This document shows, piece by piece, positions 55,038-64,000 of a DNA stretch of 64,000 nt (the stretch's first letter is position 1; each line of letters opens with the position of its first letter). Origin of the DNA: an uncultured Mollicutes bacterium (GTDB lineage: Bacteria; Bacillota_I; Bacilli_A; RFN20; CAG-826); assembly GCA_946539555.1 (NCBI GenBank), contig CAMNHN010000001.1, forward strand, positions 1,806 through 65,805. Reading direction: 5' to 3'. A program made the translations under genes and the position numbers. Below the pieces are notes generated by a model. The model saw only the letters and a program-made list of their open reading frames with translations, made no database searches and was not told where the DNA came from.

Positions 55038-57817
55038 TATTAGAAGTTAATAATCTAACAAAAAGTTTTAATGATCAAATATTGTTTGAAGATTTTTCAT
55101 ATACCTTTAAAGAGAACTCTTTATATGTGATTTTAGGTGAAAGTGGAAGTGGTAAATCAACTCTATTAAATATTTTAAGTTTGATCGATGGTGAATATTC
55201 TGGATCTTTTAAAATAGATGGACTACCTGTAAATGAAATGAAAGATAATCAACTTGAAAGTATCCGAGCTTTAAATTTTGGTTATGTTTTTCAAAATTTT
55301 AATTTATTTGAAGATGATACTGTTAAAAACAATATTAGAATATTTTTTGATGGAGTTGTAGATATTGATGAAGATGCAAAGTCGATAATAATTGATGAAA
55401 CCTTAAAGAAATTAGGTATTTATGAACTATCAAATTTTTATGTTAGAGATTTAAGTGGCGGGGAAAAACAGAGGGTTGCAATAGCTAGAGCAATCATTAA
55501 TTCACCGAAAGTCGTATTTTGTGATGAGCCAACTGGATCTTTAGATACTTTAAACACTGAAAATATATTTAATATTTTAAAAAGCATTTCTAATGATACT
55601 ATTGTTATTTGTGTTACACACGATGAAGAAAACGCTTATAAATATGCAGATAATATTTTGAAATTTGAAAACAATAAAATTACATCAACTAAAAACGAAA
55701 CTAAAAACAAAGAAGAGTTTTTATTAGCGCGTGTAGAAAAGAAAAAGCCAAACGCTATTTTGAAGATGAAATATCTTTTTAAACATATTTTAAGTAAGAT
55801 AAAAATTCATAAAATTAGGAACCTAATTAGAAGTGCTCTTGTCATTATTTCTTTTGTCGTGACAGGAATTTCTTTAAGTTTAACTTCAGGAGTTCATGAT
55901 TCTTTGATGAACTCTTTTGGTTCAGTAATTGATTCAAAAACTCTCATTTTAAATAAAAAAGCCTGCAAAAATACAATATTAGATTATTATTCAACTTCAA
56001 AATCTGATATTGTTGCTTTATCAAAAGTTTATTCTGATTATATAGATTATTATGGATGCAATTACCTTGTTGATTTTGAAAACAATTTTTGTGATGGCAA
56101 CGATTTATATTTAAACGTAAAGGGCTACCTTAAAAAATTTAGTGGTTTTAATATTAGGATGTTTAATGAATTTATTTATGAACCTAATTTAAACAATTTA
56201 GAAACTTACCCAGAAATAACAGGTCCATTAAATAATGATGAAATTGTTTTATCGATTTCTTATGAACAGATGAAAGAATTATGTTTGAGTTTTCAAATAT
56301 TAAGAAACTTTGAAACTTTAGGCGAATATTTAGAAAACAATAATGTATACCTAACTTTGCAATTAAAAAATAAAAGTTGGGGATATTCTGATGAACAAAT
56401 CTTTAGATTAAAAGGGGTAATTTTTAATCGATTAAATAGGGTTTTCCACACTAACAATTTATTTAATGAAGTACTTTTTGAAAATAACATGAGGATGCCA
56501 GTTTCATATTCTCCTTTAAGAGTAGAAGCTTACCCTTGGGTGATGAAAAAAGTTTATTATATTCATACAAGACAATTTCAAAATGAATTTTTAGATTCAA
56601 TATTATACGACAATAATCGGGATAATTTATTGTTTGATAGCGAAACACATGTCTATTCTCCACTTAACTGTTCCTATGATACAAAAGTTACTAATAGAGT
56701 TTATGTCTATAGCGTTATTAAAGACACAATTGAAATCGATATGATTGAGCATATGAAAGAGTTAGGTATTGATTTTGAAGGCTACTATTTTTCTTCTCAA
56801 AGTGGATATTACAATAATGGAACATCACTTTTTTCTGGCTTTGCAAAGAGAATCTTCTTTTCTAGTGACTTAAATAAAAATGAACAAATAATTGACGCTT
56901 ATTCAAAAATTGAAGAAAAAGATCTCGATAAAATAAGTATGCCTAAAGGAGTGGTTGATGGTTATGCTTTAAAAGCCAATTCAAGTAATGTAAGACTTAA
57001 AGTATTTAAAGGAGAAGAGAAACTTAGAGCTAACGAAATTGTTATTAGTAAAGGGTTTAAAAAAATATTAGATGAAGAAGAAATAATAGAGAAAGATTTA
57101 TATACAACTTTAATGAAAAGTTCGACTTATTATAATGGTAAAATCACCAACAATTTTGAAACAATAAAGCTTAAAGTTAAAGGTGTTATCGAGACCGATG
57201 AAAGTGTTTCAATCTATCAAAAACCTGAATTTTCTTTATCGCTTTTCCGTGACTTTTTTAAAGTCTCGGGTTTTAATTTAGTTCCTACATCAATCATTTT
57301 CGAAACAAAAACCTCGCTAAATAAGGACGAAATTGATAAATTGAACAAATATTTTTCGGATTATGAGCTATCAAATCCACTTTATGTTATAGAAGAATCA
57401 ATAAATGATTCGACAAAATTTTTAAAGATCTTACTTTTAATTTTTAGTGGCTTAAGCATTATTTCATCGCTTATTTTGCTATTCATTATTTCAATAATTT
57501 CAGCAATTGAACAAAGGAAAGAAATTTCAATTTATAAAGTTTTAGGATTTTCTAATTTTGAAGTTCTCAAGATGTTTTTACTTGAAAACGGATTAACCAC
57601 TGGAGTTTCGTTTTTAATAAGTATAGTTAGCCTTTTATTTGTATCAATTATTGGTCAAGGTTTATTTAAAACTGCTTTAGGAATTGAAAATCTGGTTATA
57701 TTTTCTCCACTTGCTTTAATTTTCAACCTTTTACTAGCAATAATTTTAACTTTAGCCTCATCAATTGGCGCATATAAAGAAATTAAAAATGTTAATATAG
57801 TGAAGGAGATTCATTAA
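55034..57817 (+). CDS. Fused ABC ATPase / FtsX-type permease paralogue (927 aa)
   Basis: Same architecture as the upstream gene ([41 protein letters not shown], a very large extracytoplasmic region, a C-terminal FtsX module). The start overlaps the previous stop by 4 nt. Confidence 0.8.
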   Translation: MILEVNNLTKSFNDQILFEDFSYTFKENSLYVILGESGSGKSTLLNILSLIDGEYSGSFKIDGLPVNEMKDNQLESIRALNFGYVFQNFNLFEDDTVKNNIRIFFDGVVDIDEDAKSIIIDETLKKLGIYELSNFYVRDLSGGEKQRVAIARAIINSPKVVFCDEPTGSLDTLNTENIFNILKSISNDTIVICVTHDEENAYKYADNILKFENNKITSTKNETKNKEEFLLARVEKKKPNAILKMKYLFKHILSKIKIHKIRNLIRSALVIISFVVTGISLSLTSGVHDSLMNSFGSVIDSKTLILNKKACKNTILDYYSTSKSDIVALSKVYSDYIDYYGCNYLVDFENNFCDGNDLYLNVKGYLKKFSGFNIRMFNEFIYEPNLNNLETYPEITGPLNNDEIVLSISYEQMKELCLSFQILRNFETLGEYLENNNVYLTLQLKNKSWGYSDEQIFRLKGVIFNRLNRVFHTNNLFNEVLFENNMRMPVSYSPLRVEAYPWVMKKVYYIHTRQFQNEFLDSILYDNNRDNLLFDSETHVYSPLNCSYDTKVTNRVYVYSVIKDTIEIDMIEHMKELGIDFEGYYFSSQSGYYNNGTSLFSGFAKRIFFSSDLNKNEQIIDAYSKIEEKDLDKISMPKGVVDGYALKANSSNVRLKVFKGEEKLRANEIVISKGFKKILDEEEIIEKDLYTTLMKSSTYYNGKITNNFETIKLKVKGVIETDESVSIYQKPEFSLSLFRDFFKVSGFNLVPTSIIFETKTSLNKDEIDKLNKYFSDYELSNPLYVIEESINDSTKFLKILLLIFSGLSIISSLILLFIISIISAIEQRKEISIYKVLGFSNFEVLKMFLLENGLTTGVSFLISIVSLLFVSIIGQGLFKTALGIENLVIFSPLALIFNLLLAIILTLASSIGAYKEIKNVNIVKEIH

Positions 57818-57883
57818 AAATACTTTTTAATGATTTTTCCATTTGTTTATTCTATAATTATCAAGATTTGAGGAAAGAATATT

Positions 57884-58987
57884 ATGGGATTAAAAGCAGG
57901 AATTGTTGGTTTACCAAATGTAGGAAAGTCGACATTATTTAACGCAATTACTAACAGTACAGTTGAAGCAGCAAATTACCCTTTTGCAACAATCGCTCCA
58001 AATGTTGGAACTGTTTTAGTGCCAGATGAAAGAGTAGATAATTTATCAAAATTATTTAATCCAAAGAAAACAATTTATACAACTTTCGAGTTTTATGATA
58101 TTGCTGGTCTTGTTAAAGGTGCAAGTAAAGGTGAAGGTTTAGGAAACCAATTTCTATCACATATTCGTGAAACTGATGCAATAATCGAAGTTGTTAGATG
58201 CTTTGAAGATAGTGAAATTATTCACGTTGAAAATACAGTCGACCCAATAAGAGATATTGAAATTATTAATCTTGAACTTGTTATGGCTGATTTAGACACA
58301 TGTTCTAATAGACTTGGAAAAATTGAAAACAAAGCAAGAATTTCTAAAGATAAAGAAGCCCTTGCAGAAGTTAATCTTTTAGTCAAATTCAAAGAAAAAC
58401 TTCAAAAAGGCGAGGCCTTAAGAGGCATCACACTAAATGAAGATGAGCAAAAGATTGTTAAAAATTTCAATTTCTTAACTTTGAAACCAATAATTTACGT
58501 TGCTAATGTTAGTGATGCTGAACTTGCTGATATTGAAAATTGCGAAAACTTTAAACTTGTTCGTGAATATGCAGCAAAGGAAAATTCACAATGTATTCCA
58601 ATCTGTTGCCAAGTTGAAGCAGAATTATCGACATATTCAAAAGAAGAAAAGAAAGATTTCTTAGAAAGTTTAGGTGTTGAACAAAGTGGTTTGGATCTTT
58701 TAGTTACAAGCGCTTATAAATTATTAAATCTTTCAACATTCTTTACTGTTGGTGCAGATGAAGTTAGAGCTTGGACGTTTAAAAACGGCATGTTAGCTCC
58801 AGATTGTGCCGGAATAATTCATACAGATTTTAAAAAAGGCTTCATCAAAGCTGAAGTTTATACTTACAACGACATTATGACTTATAAAACTGAACAAGCT
58901 TTAAAAGAAGCTGGAAAGGTAAGAATCGAAGGCAAAGAATATGTTGCAAAAGATGGTGACATTTTCTTCTTCAGATTCAATGTTTAA
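57884..58987 (+). CDS. ychF: Ribosome-binding ATPase YchF
   Basis: [16 protein letters not shown], a TGS domain, and the 367-aa length. Confidence 0.95.
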   Translation: MGLKAGIVGLPNVGKSTLFNAITNSTVEAANYPFATIAPNVGTVLVPDERVDNLSKLFNPKKTIYTTFEFYDIAGLVKGASKGEGLGNQFLSHIRETDAIIEVVRCFEDSEIIHVENTVDPIRDIEIINLELVMADLDTCSNRLGKIENKARISKDKEALAEVNLLVKFKEKLQKGEALRGITLNEDEQKIVKNFNFLTLKPIIYVANVSDAELADIENCENFKLVREYAAKENSQCIPICCQVEAELSTYSKEEKKDFLESLGVEQSGLDLLVTSAYKLLNLSTFFTVGADEVRAWTFKNGMLAPDCAGIIHTDFKKGFIKAEVYTYNDIMTYKTEQALKEAGKVRIEGKEYVAKDGDIFFFRFNV

Positions 58988-58988
58988 T

Positions 58989-59462
58989 ATGAAAATTGGT
59001 TTTAGTAAAGATATTCATGTTACAAAAGCTGGTGTTCCTTTAATTCTTTGTGGAGTTAATATTCCTTCTGAATTTGGGCTTGAATCACATAGTGATGGAG
59101 ATTGCGCAACTCATGCAATCGTTGAAGCTATTTTTGGAGCTTTAAATATTGGTGATTTAGGAAGTCATTATCCTCCAAGCGATCCAAAATATGAGAACGT
59201 TTCTAGTTTAATATTTTTAGATGATACTCGTAGAATTTTAGATGAAATGAAATATGAAATCGGAAATATTGATTTATTCATATCTTGTGAAAAACCAAAA
59301 CTTAAAAAATTCATTCCTGAAATGAAAAGTCTGGTAGCGTCTCATTTAAAAATTAGTGAAGAAAAAATATCAATAAAAGCAGGAACAAATGAAGGCGTTG
59401 ATGCCGTTGGAAGAGGCGAAGCAATCGAAGCTTATTGCGTTTGTCTTATCGAAAAAATTTAA
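58989..59462 (+). CDS. ispF: 2-C-methyl-D-erythritol 2,4-cyclodiphosphate synthase (MEP pathway)
   Basis: MKIGFSKDIHV...SHSDGDCATHAIVEAIFGALNIGDLGSHYPPSDPKYENVSS matches the IspF metal and CDP-binding signature. The chosen start is ATG 58989, which abuts the ychF stop. The track's 58941 start is probably too far upstream. Confidence 0.85.
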   Translation: MKIGFSKDIHVTKAGVPLILCGVNIPSEFGLESHSDGDCATHAIVEAIFGALNIGDLGSHYPPSDPKYENVSSLIFLDDTRRILDEMKYEIGNIDLFISCEKPKLKKFIPEMKSLVASHLKISEEKISIKAGTNEGVDAVGRGEAIEAYCVCLIEKI

Positions 59463-59554
59463 AAAAATAGGACATAGTTATTTTGACTATTAAACCTATA
59501 CAAAAAAGTAGTAATTTAGAACTTAATTATTTATAATTAACGCGAGGTGAATTT

Positions 59555-59959
59555 ATGGAAAATTATAAGAATGAATCAATGGTTGATGTCGCATTTAGTG
59601 TTTTAACAGATGCAGGTTCAACAGTTAAATTTAAAGATTTATATAATTCTGTTTGTGAAAAATTAGAATTATCAGAAGAAGAAAGAGCAGACAGAATCTC
59701 AAACTTCTATACAAATTTGTCATTAGATGGAAGATTTGTCACACTTGGTGAAAACGAGTGGGATTTAAGATCGCGTCAAAAATATGAAAAAGTCCACATT
59801 GATATGAATGATGTTTATTCAGATATTGATAACGAAACAACTGGAAATATGGACTTAGAAGAATACTCAGATGAAGAACGTGAATCTGAAGGTATTGAAG
59901 TCGACGAAGAAGAAGCTGATGATTCAATTGATTACGATAAATCAAGAGAAGATTTATAA
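59555..59959 (+). CDS. rpoE: DNA-directed RNA polymerase delta subunit
   Basis: N-terminal HARE-HTH-like domain (VDVAFSVLTDAGSTVKFKDLY...RFVTLGENEWDLRS) plus a poly-acidic C-terminal tail, the Firmicute RpoE architecture. Confidence 0.85.
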   Translation: MENYKNESMVDVAFSVLTDAGSTVKFKDLYNSVCEKLELSEEERADRISNFYTNLSLDGRFVTLGENEWDLRSRQKYEKVHIDMNDVYSDIDNETTGNMDLEEYSDEERESEGIEVDEEEADDSIDYDKSREDL

Positions 59960-59985
59960 TATAAAATAGAAAAGAGGGAGTATTT

Positions 59986-60861
59986 ATGGCATTAGTTAGT
60001 GCAACAGAAATGATTAAGAAAGCACACGAAGGACATTATGCAATATGTGCTTTTAACATCAACAATTTAGAATGGACAAAATCAATTTTAACCGCTTGTG
60101 AAAAAGCAAAAGCACCAGTTATTTTGGAAGTTAGTGAAGGCGCAAATAAATATATGTGCGGTTTCAAGACTGTTGCTAATATGGTTAAAAACATCGTTGA
60201 ATTCTTAGGAATTACAGTTCCTGTTGCTTTACACCTTGATCATGGTACTTATGAAGGCGCTAAAGCTGCTATTGAAGCAGGCTATACTTCAGTTATGTTT
60301 GATGGATCACATTATCCATTTGAAGAAAATCTTCAAAAATCAAAAGAAATTATTGCTCTTGCTCATTCAAAAGGTATTTCAGTTGAATGTGAAGTCGGTG
60401 GAATCGGTGGTTCAGAAGATGGTGTCACCAGTGCTGGTGAACAAGCTGATCCAAATGAATGCAAAATTATTGCTGAATTAGGTGTCGATTTCTTAGCTGC
60501 TGGTATTGGAAATATTCATGGTATTTATCCAGCAAATTGGAAAGGTTTAAACCTTGATTTATTAAAAACAATTCAAGAAGCAACAAATGGAAAACCATTA
60601 GTTTTACATGGTGGTACAGGCATTCCTTATGATATGGTTAGAAGCGCAATCGAAAGAGGAGTTTCTAAGGTTAATATCAATACAGATTTACAATTAGTAT
60701 TTGCTGCTGCTGAAAGAGAATACTTTGAAGCAGGAAAAGATTTAGATAAAGCAGGTAAAGGTTTTGATCCAAGAAAAGTTTTAAAACCAGGTTGCCAAGC
60801 AATTGAAGCAAAAGTAGAAGAATTACTTAAAGCATTCGGTTCCTACGGGAAAGCTGCTTAA
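59986..60861 (+). CDS. fba: Class II fructose-1,6-bisphosphate aldolase
   Basis: MALVSATEMIKKAHEGHYAICAFNINNLEW, LHLDHG and VLHGGTG metal-binding blocks. A terminator hairpin AGCCATC-ataa-GATGGCT plus T5 follows at 60868-60890. Confidence 0.95.
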   Translation: MALVSATEMIKKAHEGHYAICAFNINNLEWTKSILTACEKAKAPVILEVSEGANKYMCGFKTVANMVKNIVEFLGITVPVALHLDHGTYEGAKAAIEAGYTSVMFDGSHYPFEENLQKSKEIIALAHSKGISVECEVGGIGGSEDGVTSAGEQADPNECKIIAELGVDFLAAGIGNIHGIYPANWKGLNLDLLKTIQEATNGKPLVLHGGTGIPYDMVRSAIERGVSKVNINTDLQLVFAAAEREYFEAGKDLDKAGKGFDPRKVLKPGCQAIEAKVEELLKAFGSYGKAA

Positions 60862-60906
60862 AGAAATAGCCATCATAAGATGGCTTTTTCAATATGAGGT
60901 AAAATT

Positions 60907-61689
60907 ATGTTTCAACGTGAATTAGAAGAAATGTTAAAGGTTGCTGTCGAAGCTTCTGAAAATATAATGAAGTATTATCAAAATGGTTTTCATACTGAAA
61001 TTAAAGAAGATAATAGTCCTGTAACTGAAGCGGATAAAACAACAGATACATTAATAAAAGAAAGATTACATCGTTTATTTCCTACTTATTCATTTTTAAC
61101 AGAAGAAAGTAATGATGATTTAAGAAGACTTCAAAACGATTATGTTTTTATTGTTGATCCTGTTGATGGAACCAAAGATTTTATTGCAAAAGATGGTGAA
61201 TTCACTTGTAACATTGCTTTAGCTTATAAACATGAAGTAGTTGTAGGAGTTGTTGCTGCTCCAGCTTTAGGAATTTATTATTATGCTTCAAAAGGTCATG
61301 GAGCATATAAAGGAAAAATAGGTGAAAAAGGCGAATTAATTCATGTTAATGATAAAATTGATAACCTCACTGCATTAATTTCTGTTTTCCATTTTAAAGA
61401 TAATGAACGTCAACTTTTAGAGCGTCACGCAAATAGAATTATTAGAATTGAAAGAAGAGGTTCAAGTTTAAAAGCATGTGCAATTGCTGAAGGTAGCGCA
61501 GAAATCTCATATAGATTGAATGAAGGTACTAAAGAGTGGGATACTGCAGCTTTTCAAATTATTGTAGAAGAAGCAGGCGGTTATGTTTTAAATTTAGCAA
61601 CTAGAAAACCACTCACTTATAATAGAACTGATGTTTATAATAGAGAAGGCTATATTATTGTTAATAATTTAGAAAATATTTTACTTTAA
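60907..61689 (+). CDS. Inositol-monophosphatase-family phosphatase (SuhB/CysQ-like)
   Basis: FIVDPVDGTKDF (DPIDGT motif), an upstream EE...D metal ligand, and WDTAA. Confidence 0.8.
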   Translation: MFQRELEEMLKVAVEASENIMKYYQNGFHTEIKEDNSPVTEADKTTDTLIKERLHRLFPTYSFLTEESNDDLRRLQNDYVFIVDPVDGTKDFIAKDGEFTCNIALAYKHEVVVGVVAAPALGIYYYASKGHGAYKGKIGEKGELIHVNDKIDNLTALISVFHFKDNERQLLERHANRIIRIERRGSSLKACAIAEGSAEISYRLNEGTKEWDTAAFQIIVEEAGGYVLNLATRKPLTYNRTDVYNREGYIIVNNLENILL

Positions 61690-61717
61690 ATATTGTGTTA
61701 TTAAATACGTCTAAAAA

Positions 61718-61751
61718 AAGAAACAGCATCTAGATAAAACTGTTTCTTTTT
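61718..61751. terminator. Bidirectional terminator between the IMPase gene (+) and the nifU-like gene (-)
   Basis: AAGAAACAG...CTGTTTCTT stem with flanking A- and T-runs. Confidence 0.6.
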
Positions 61752-62034
61752 ATTTACTTGCATTTAAATTTTTTAGTTGTTCGTGAATGAATTTTTTATC
61801 AGCAGCATTTCTAACTGCAACAATTCCTGGGACCTCTTCCATTAAGATGACCTCAATTCCTCCTTGAATATCTTGATCGATGAGAGCACAACCTTCACAA
61901 GCACCTAAAACATTTAAATATACTACACCATCTTCGAAAGAATCGAAGGTGACATCGCCACCATCTCTTTGTAAGAATGGACGTATTTTTTCTAGTGTCA
62001 ATTCAATTAATTTAATAGTCTCTTCGTTTTCCAT
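61750..62034 (-). CDS. NifU C-terminal-domain (Nfu-type) iron-sulfur cluster scaffold protein
   Basis: LEKIRPFLQRDGGDVTF...LGACEGCA is the NifU_C CxxC motif. The start is set at ATG 62034 (MENEETIK), with a TATATAAT-like -10 just upstream. The track's 62109 start adds an implausible hydrophobic leader. Confidence 0.7.
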   Translation of the reverse strand: MENEETIKLIELTLEKIRPFLQRDGGDVTFDSFEDGVVYLNVLGACEGCALIDQDIQGGIEVILMEEVPGIVAVRNAADKKFIHEQLKNLNASK

Positions 62035-62085
62035 AACAAGAATTATATACCTAACTAATTTACAAATAAAACAAAATACAAATAA

Positions 62086-62111
62086 AAATGAATTCTCGAA
62101 GGAATTCATTT
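62086..62111 (-). terminator. Palindromic hairpin terminator (AAATGAATTC-tcgaag-GAATTCATTT) downstream of the CotH lipoprotein gene
   Basis: Perfect 10-bp inverted repeat. On the minus strand it is followed by a T-rich run. Confidence 0.55.
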
Positions 62112-62130
62112 ATTTATATACAAAGATTTA

Positions 62131-64000
62131 TTAGATTGCCCGAGCACTATTTAAATAATTAATACGATTTGTGTACCAAGTTTTAAATGTGTTACAAGCT
62201 TCGATCCATTTTGTTTCCCATTGAGCTTGAGTGCTTCTATCGCTTTCTGGCCGTGGCCATTTTACGAAGTTTCTTCCAAGTGCATAACGATTTGCAGCAT
62301 AGAAATCATTTGTAAATAAACTATTAGCATATTCTTGGATTTTTGGAGAAAGAACTTTCCAACGTTGTTTAACTTTTGTTAAGTATTCAGAAACTTTATA
62401 AGCTTCAGTGAAAATGGCATATTTATTTTTAACATTTCCAGCAATATAAATATCTTGGCCATTATCAGTGCCGTTATATTTACCAACACTATCACTTGAA
62501 TGTGGACCAGCCCAATCAAAATCCCATGGAGGTCCAAAATAGAATTTTCCACCAGGCTTTTTATAAAGATATAAAGAACTATGACCAACATCAGAGTTTT
62601 TATAAAATTCTTCTAAAATATACATGTCAACAAGAGAATCTATATCAACAAGCTCACTAAAGGTTGAATAATTTTTAGTTGTATTACAAATCGAAGTATA
62701 AACTTCTTGTAATTTATTTTTGATATAGGCGACTTGAGTCTTAAATTGAGCTTGTGTTATTTGACCCTCGGTCTCATAATCTTCAGGACTTGGAGAATGA
62801 ACAGTGTAATTGTTAGTAGTGGTTGAAGTGCTTCCAGGTCTTCCGCCGCTACCGCTTGAAGTTGTAGTATAAGTAACACCAAAATAGTCGACATCTTTTC
62901 TTGTTTGAGTTGCTAAAGCATCAAGTTCAACAAGATATCCGGTGTCTTCAACGCCATATTGACTATCAATATTAACTCTTCCTTTAGCTACACGAAGATG
63001 TTCTGTAAAATCATAAACACCATAATATGCTCCATTAATGTAAACATCAGTCCAAACAGTATATGGAGAATATTCGATATTATCAAAAATTGTTCGACCC
63101 ATTGTGTAAGCAGTGTAGTTGATGAGCATTGTATTATCTGGGAAGTTTTGGCAAGGAACAATTACCCAATGTTTATTTGCGGTTCTTCCAAATAAATCTG
63201 CTTTTTTATCAAGTTTAATTTTGTAACCTTTTTTAGGCTTGTTCCAAGATCCGTTTCCACGACCCTTGAAATTTGAAACAGCATCACTAATTAAAGCAGT
63301 TCCGTTTTGATCATAGATTGTTATTGAACTTGAAACAGGAGTGTCTTTTCCGACATTTGAAATATTAACAAGTTTACCATCGCTTCCATAAAGTTCAATC
63401 AAAACAGTAGCAAGATTGGTTTTTTCAACCCATTTTGCTGTTAAAGTAATGTTAGAAGTGATAGGAGTTGTGAAATTGAAATAATTATTGTTTAAAGTCC
63501 AACAACGGAATACTTGCCCGCTTTTATTTCCAACTTGAATTGGTGAAACATATTCATTTGGTGCAACTCTAACGTTTTGAGAAGTAGAAGAGTCCCCAGT
63601 ATCAAATCTTACTGTATAAAAATTAGATGAATTAGTTTCCCATTTTGCTACAAGAGTTATATCTGTTTCTGGAAAAACTGAAAATTGATATTGAACACCA
63701 TTAAGTAACCAACAAACAAAAGTTCTTTCTATCGCTTGTGGTGGATTTGGAATTGGAACAGGATCGCCAACTTTTCCAGAAATTGGAGCAACACTTACTC
63801 CGCTAACACCGGTATCAAAAGAAATGGTGACTGTTTTTGCTTCACCTGGGTTATTATCTCCGCCTGGATTTGAATTACCACCAGGATTTGAACCATTTTC
63901 TCCAGAATTATTGTTTTCGCCTGTTGGAGAGCATGATGCAAAAGCACCTAGTGGAAGCACAAGTGCAAAGCAAAGAATAAAACGATTTCTAAGTTTCTTT
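62131..64000 (-). CDS. Secreted lipoprotein with two Listeria-Bacteroides (Flg_new) repeats and a C-terminal CotH kinase-like domain; 5' end beyond the window
   Basis: The frame continues upstream of the track's GTG 63960 start: ...KKLRNRFILCFALVLPLGAFASC is a type II signal peptide with lipobox FASC. An S/G/N/P-rich linker follows, then two roughly 65-aa repeats (TISFDTG...TLVAKW and YTVRFDTG...TLTAKW). The CotH-like block is KGRGNGSWNKPKKGYKIKLDKKADLFG...WVIVPCQNFPDNTMLINYTAY...YINGAYYGVYDFTEHL. Confidence 0.7.
   Translation of the reverse strand, partial: KKLRNRFILCFALVLPLGAFASCSPTGENNNSGENGSNPGGNSNPGGDNNPGEAKTVTISFDTGVSGVSVAPISGKVGDPVPIPNPPQAIERTFVCWLLNGVQYQFSVFPETDITLVAKWETNSSNFYTVRFDTGDSSTSQNVRVAPNEYVSPIQVGNKSGQVFRCWTLNNNYFNFTTPITSNITLTAKWVEKTNLATVLIELYGSDGKLVNISNVGKDTPVSSSITIYDQNGTALISDAVSNFKGRGNGSWNKPKKGYKIKLDKKADLFGRTANKHWVIVPCQNFPDNTMLINYTAYTMGRTIFDNIEYSPYTVWTDVYINGAYYGVYDFTEHLRVAKGRVNIDSQYGVEDTGYLVELDALATQTRKDVDYFGVTYTTTSSGSGGRPGSTSTTTNNYTVHSPSPEDYETEGQITQAQFKTQVAYIKNKLQEVYTSICNTTKNYSTFSELVDIDSLVDMYILEEFYKNSDVGHSSLYLYKKPGGKFYFGPPWDFDWAGPHSSDSVGKYNGTDNGQDIYIAGNVKNKYAIFTEAYKVSEYLTKVKQRWKVLSPKIQEYANSLFTNDFYAANRYALGRNFVKWPRPESDRSTQAQWETKWIEACNTFKTWYTNRINYLNSARAI

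Noticed and set aside
62379-63195. ORFs 62379..62591(-) and 62959..63195(+) inside the lipoprotein gene
   Set aside because: They are alternative-frame artefacts within a well-supported 609+ aa coding region.

Overview
The window reads as a low-GC (about 30%) Firmicutes/Erysipelotrichia- or Acholeplasma-like chromosome using the standard genetic code. Trp is encoded by TGG, and TGA acts as a stop codon; it is also the stop at the programmed +1 frameshift in prfB. Most of the window is densely packed housekeeping genes on both strands.

Gene content, in order:
- cysE 3' end
- tRNA-Ile, tRNA-Val and tRNA-Thr cluster
- a GH43-like glycosidase and a TetR regulator
- a tRNA-His hidden under two spurious ORF calls
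- a three-gene module: membrane-tethered XRE regulator, PII-like protein, CPA-type cation/H+ antiporter
- tmRNA (ssrA) on the minus strand, not in the ORF track
- glpQ, an MFS transporter, a HAD-IIA hydrolase, glcK, an RluA-family pseudouridine synthase, and a GPH/MFS symporter with a GH2-like hydrolase
- the conserved minus-strand block rsmI-ricT(yaaT)-holB-tmk-recR-ybaB-dnaX
- prfA-prmC-tsaC-rpiB
- comFA-comFC
- secA and prfB (with the +1 frameshift)
- a yitT-family gene and uvrB
- a roughly 15-kb stretch (XRE, ZIP, Fe-ADH, tRNA-Ser, VanZ-like, trxA, TraX, CPBP, yigZ, mrp, pepP, HAD, MacB-like ABC/FtsX, typA) separating uvrB from uvrA
- lgt with a long N-terminal extension, and a HAD hydrolase
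- two tandem fused ABC-ATPase/FtsX-permease paralogues
- ychF, ispF, rpoE, fba, an IMPase-family gene and a NifU-like gene
- a 5'-partial lipoprotein with two Listeria-Bacteroides (Flg_new) repeats and a CotH domain, running off the window end

I found no CRISPR array, rRNA, transposase or integrase.

The most unusual items are:
- A roughly 50-nt element present twice (upstream of comFA and of the first fused ABC gene). Its hairpin sequesters a perfect Shine-Dalgarno sequence exactly 7 nt before the start codon. In the comFA copy that start position is ATC rather than ATG.
- A PII-like protein translationally coupled to a CPA-type antiporter.
- A second family of short near-identical intergenic repeats.
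- ATTTGCATA iterons beside tRNA-Ser.
- Several perfect palindromes in divergent promoter regions.
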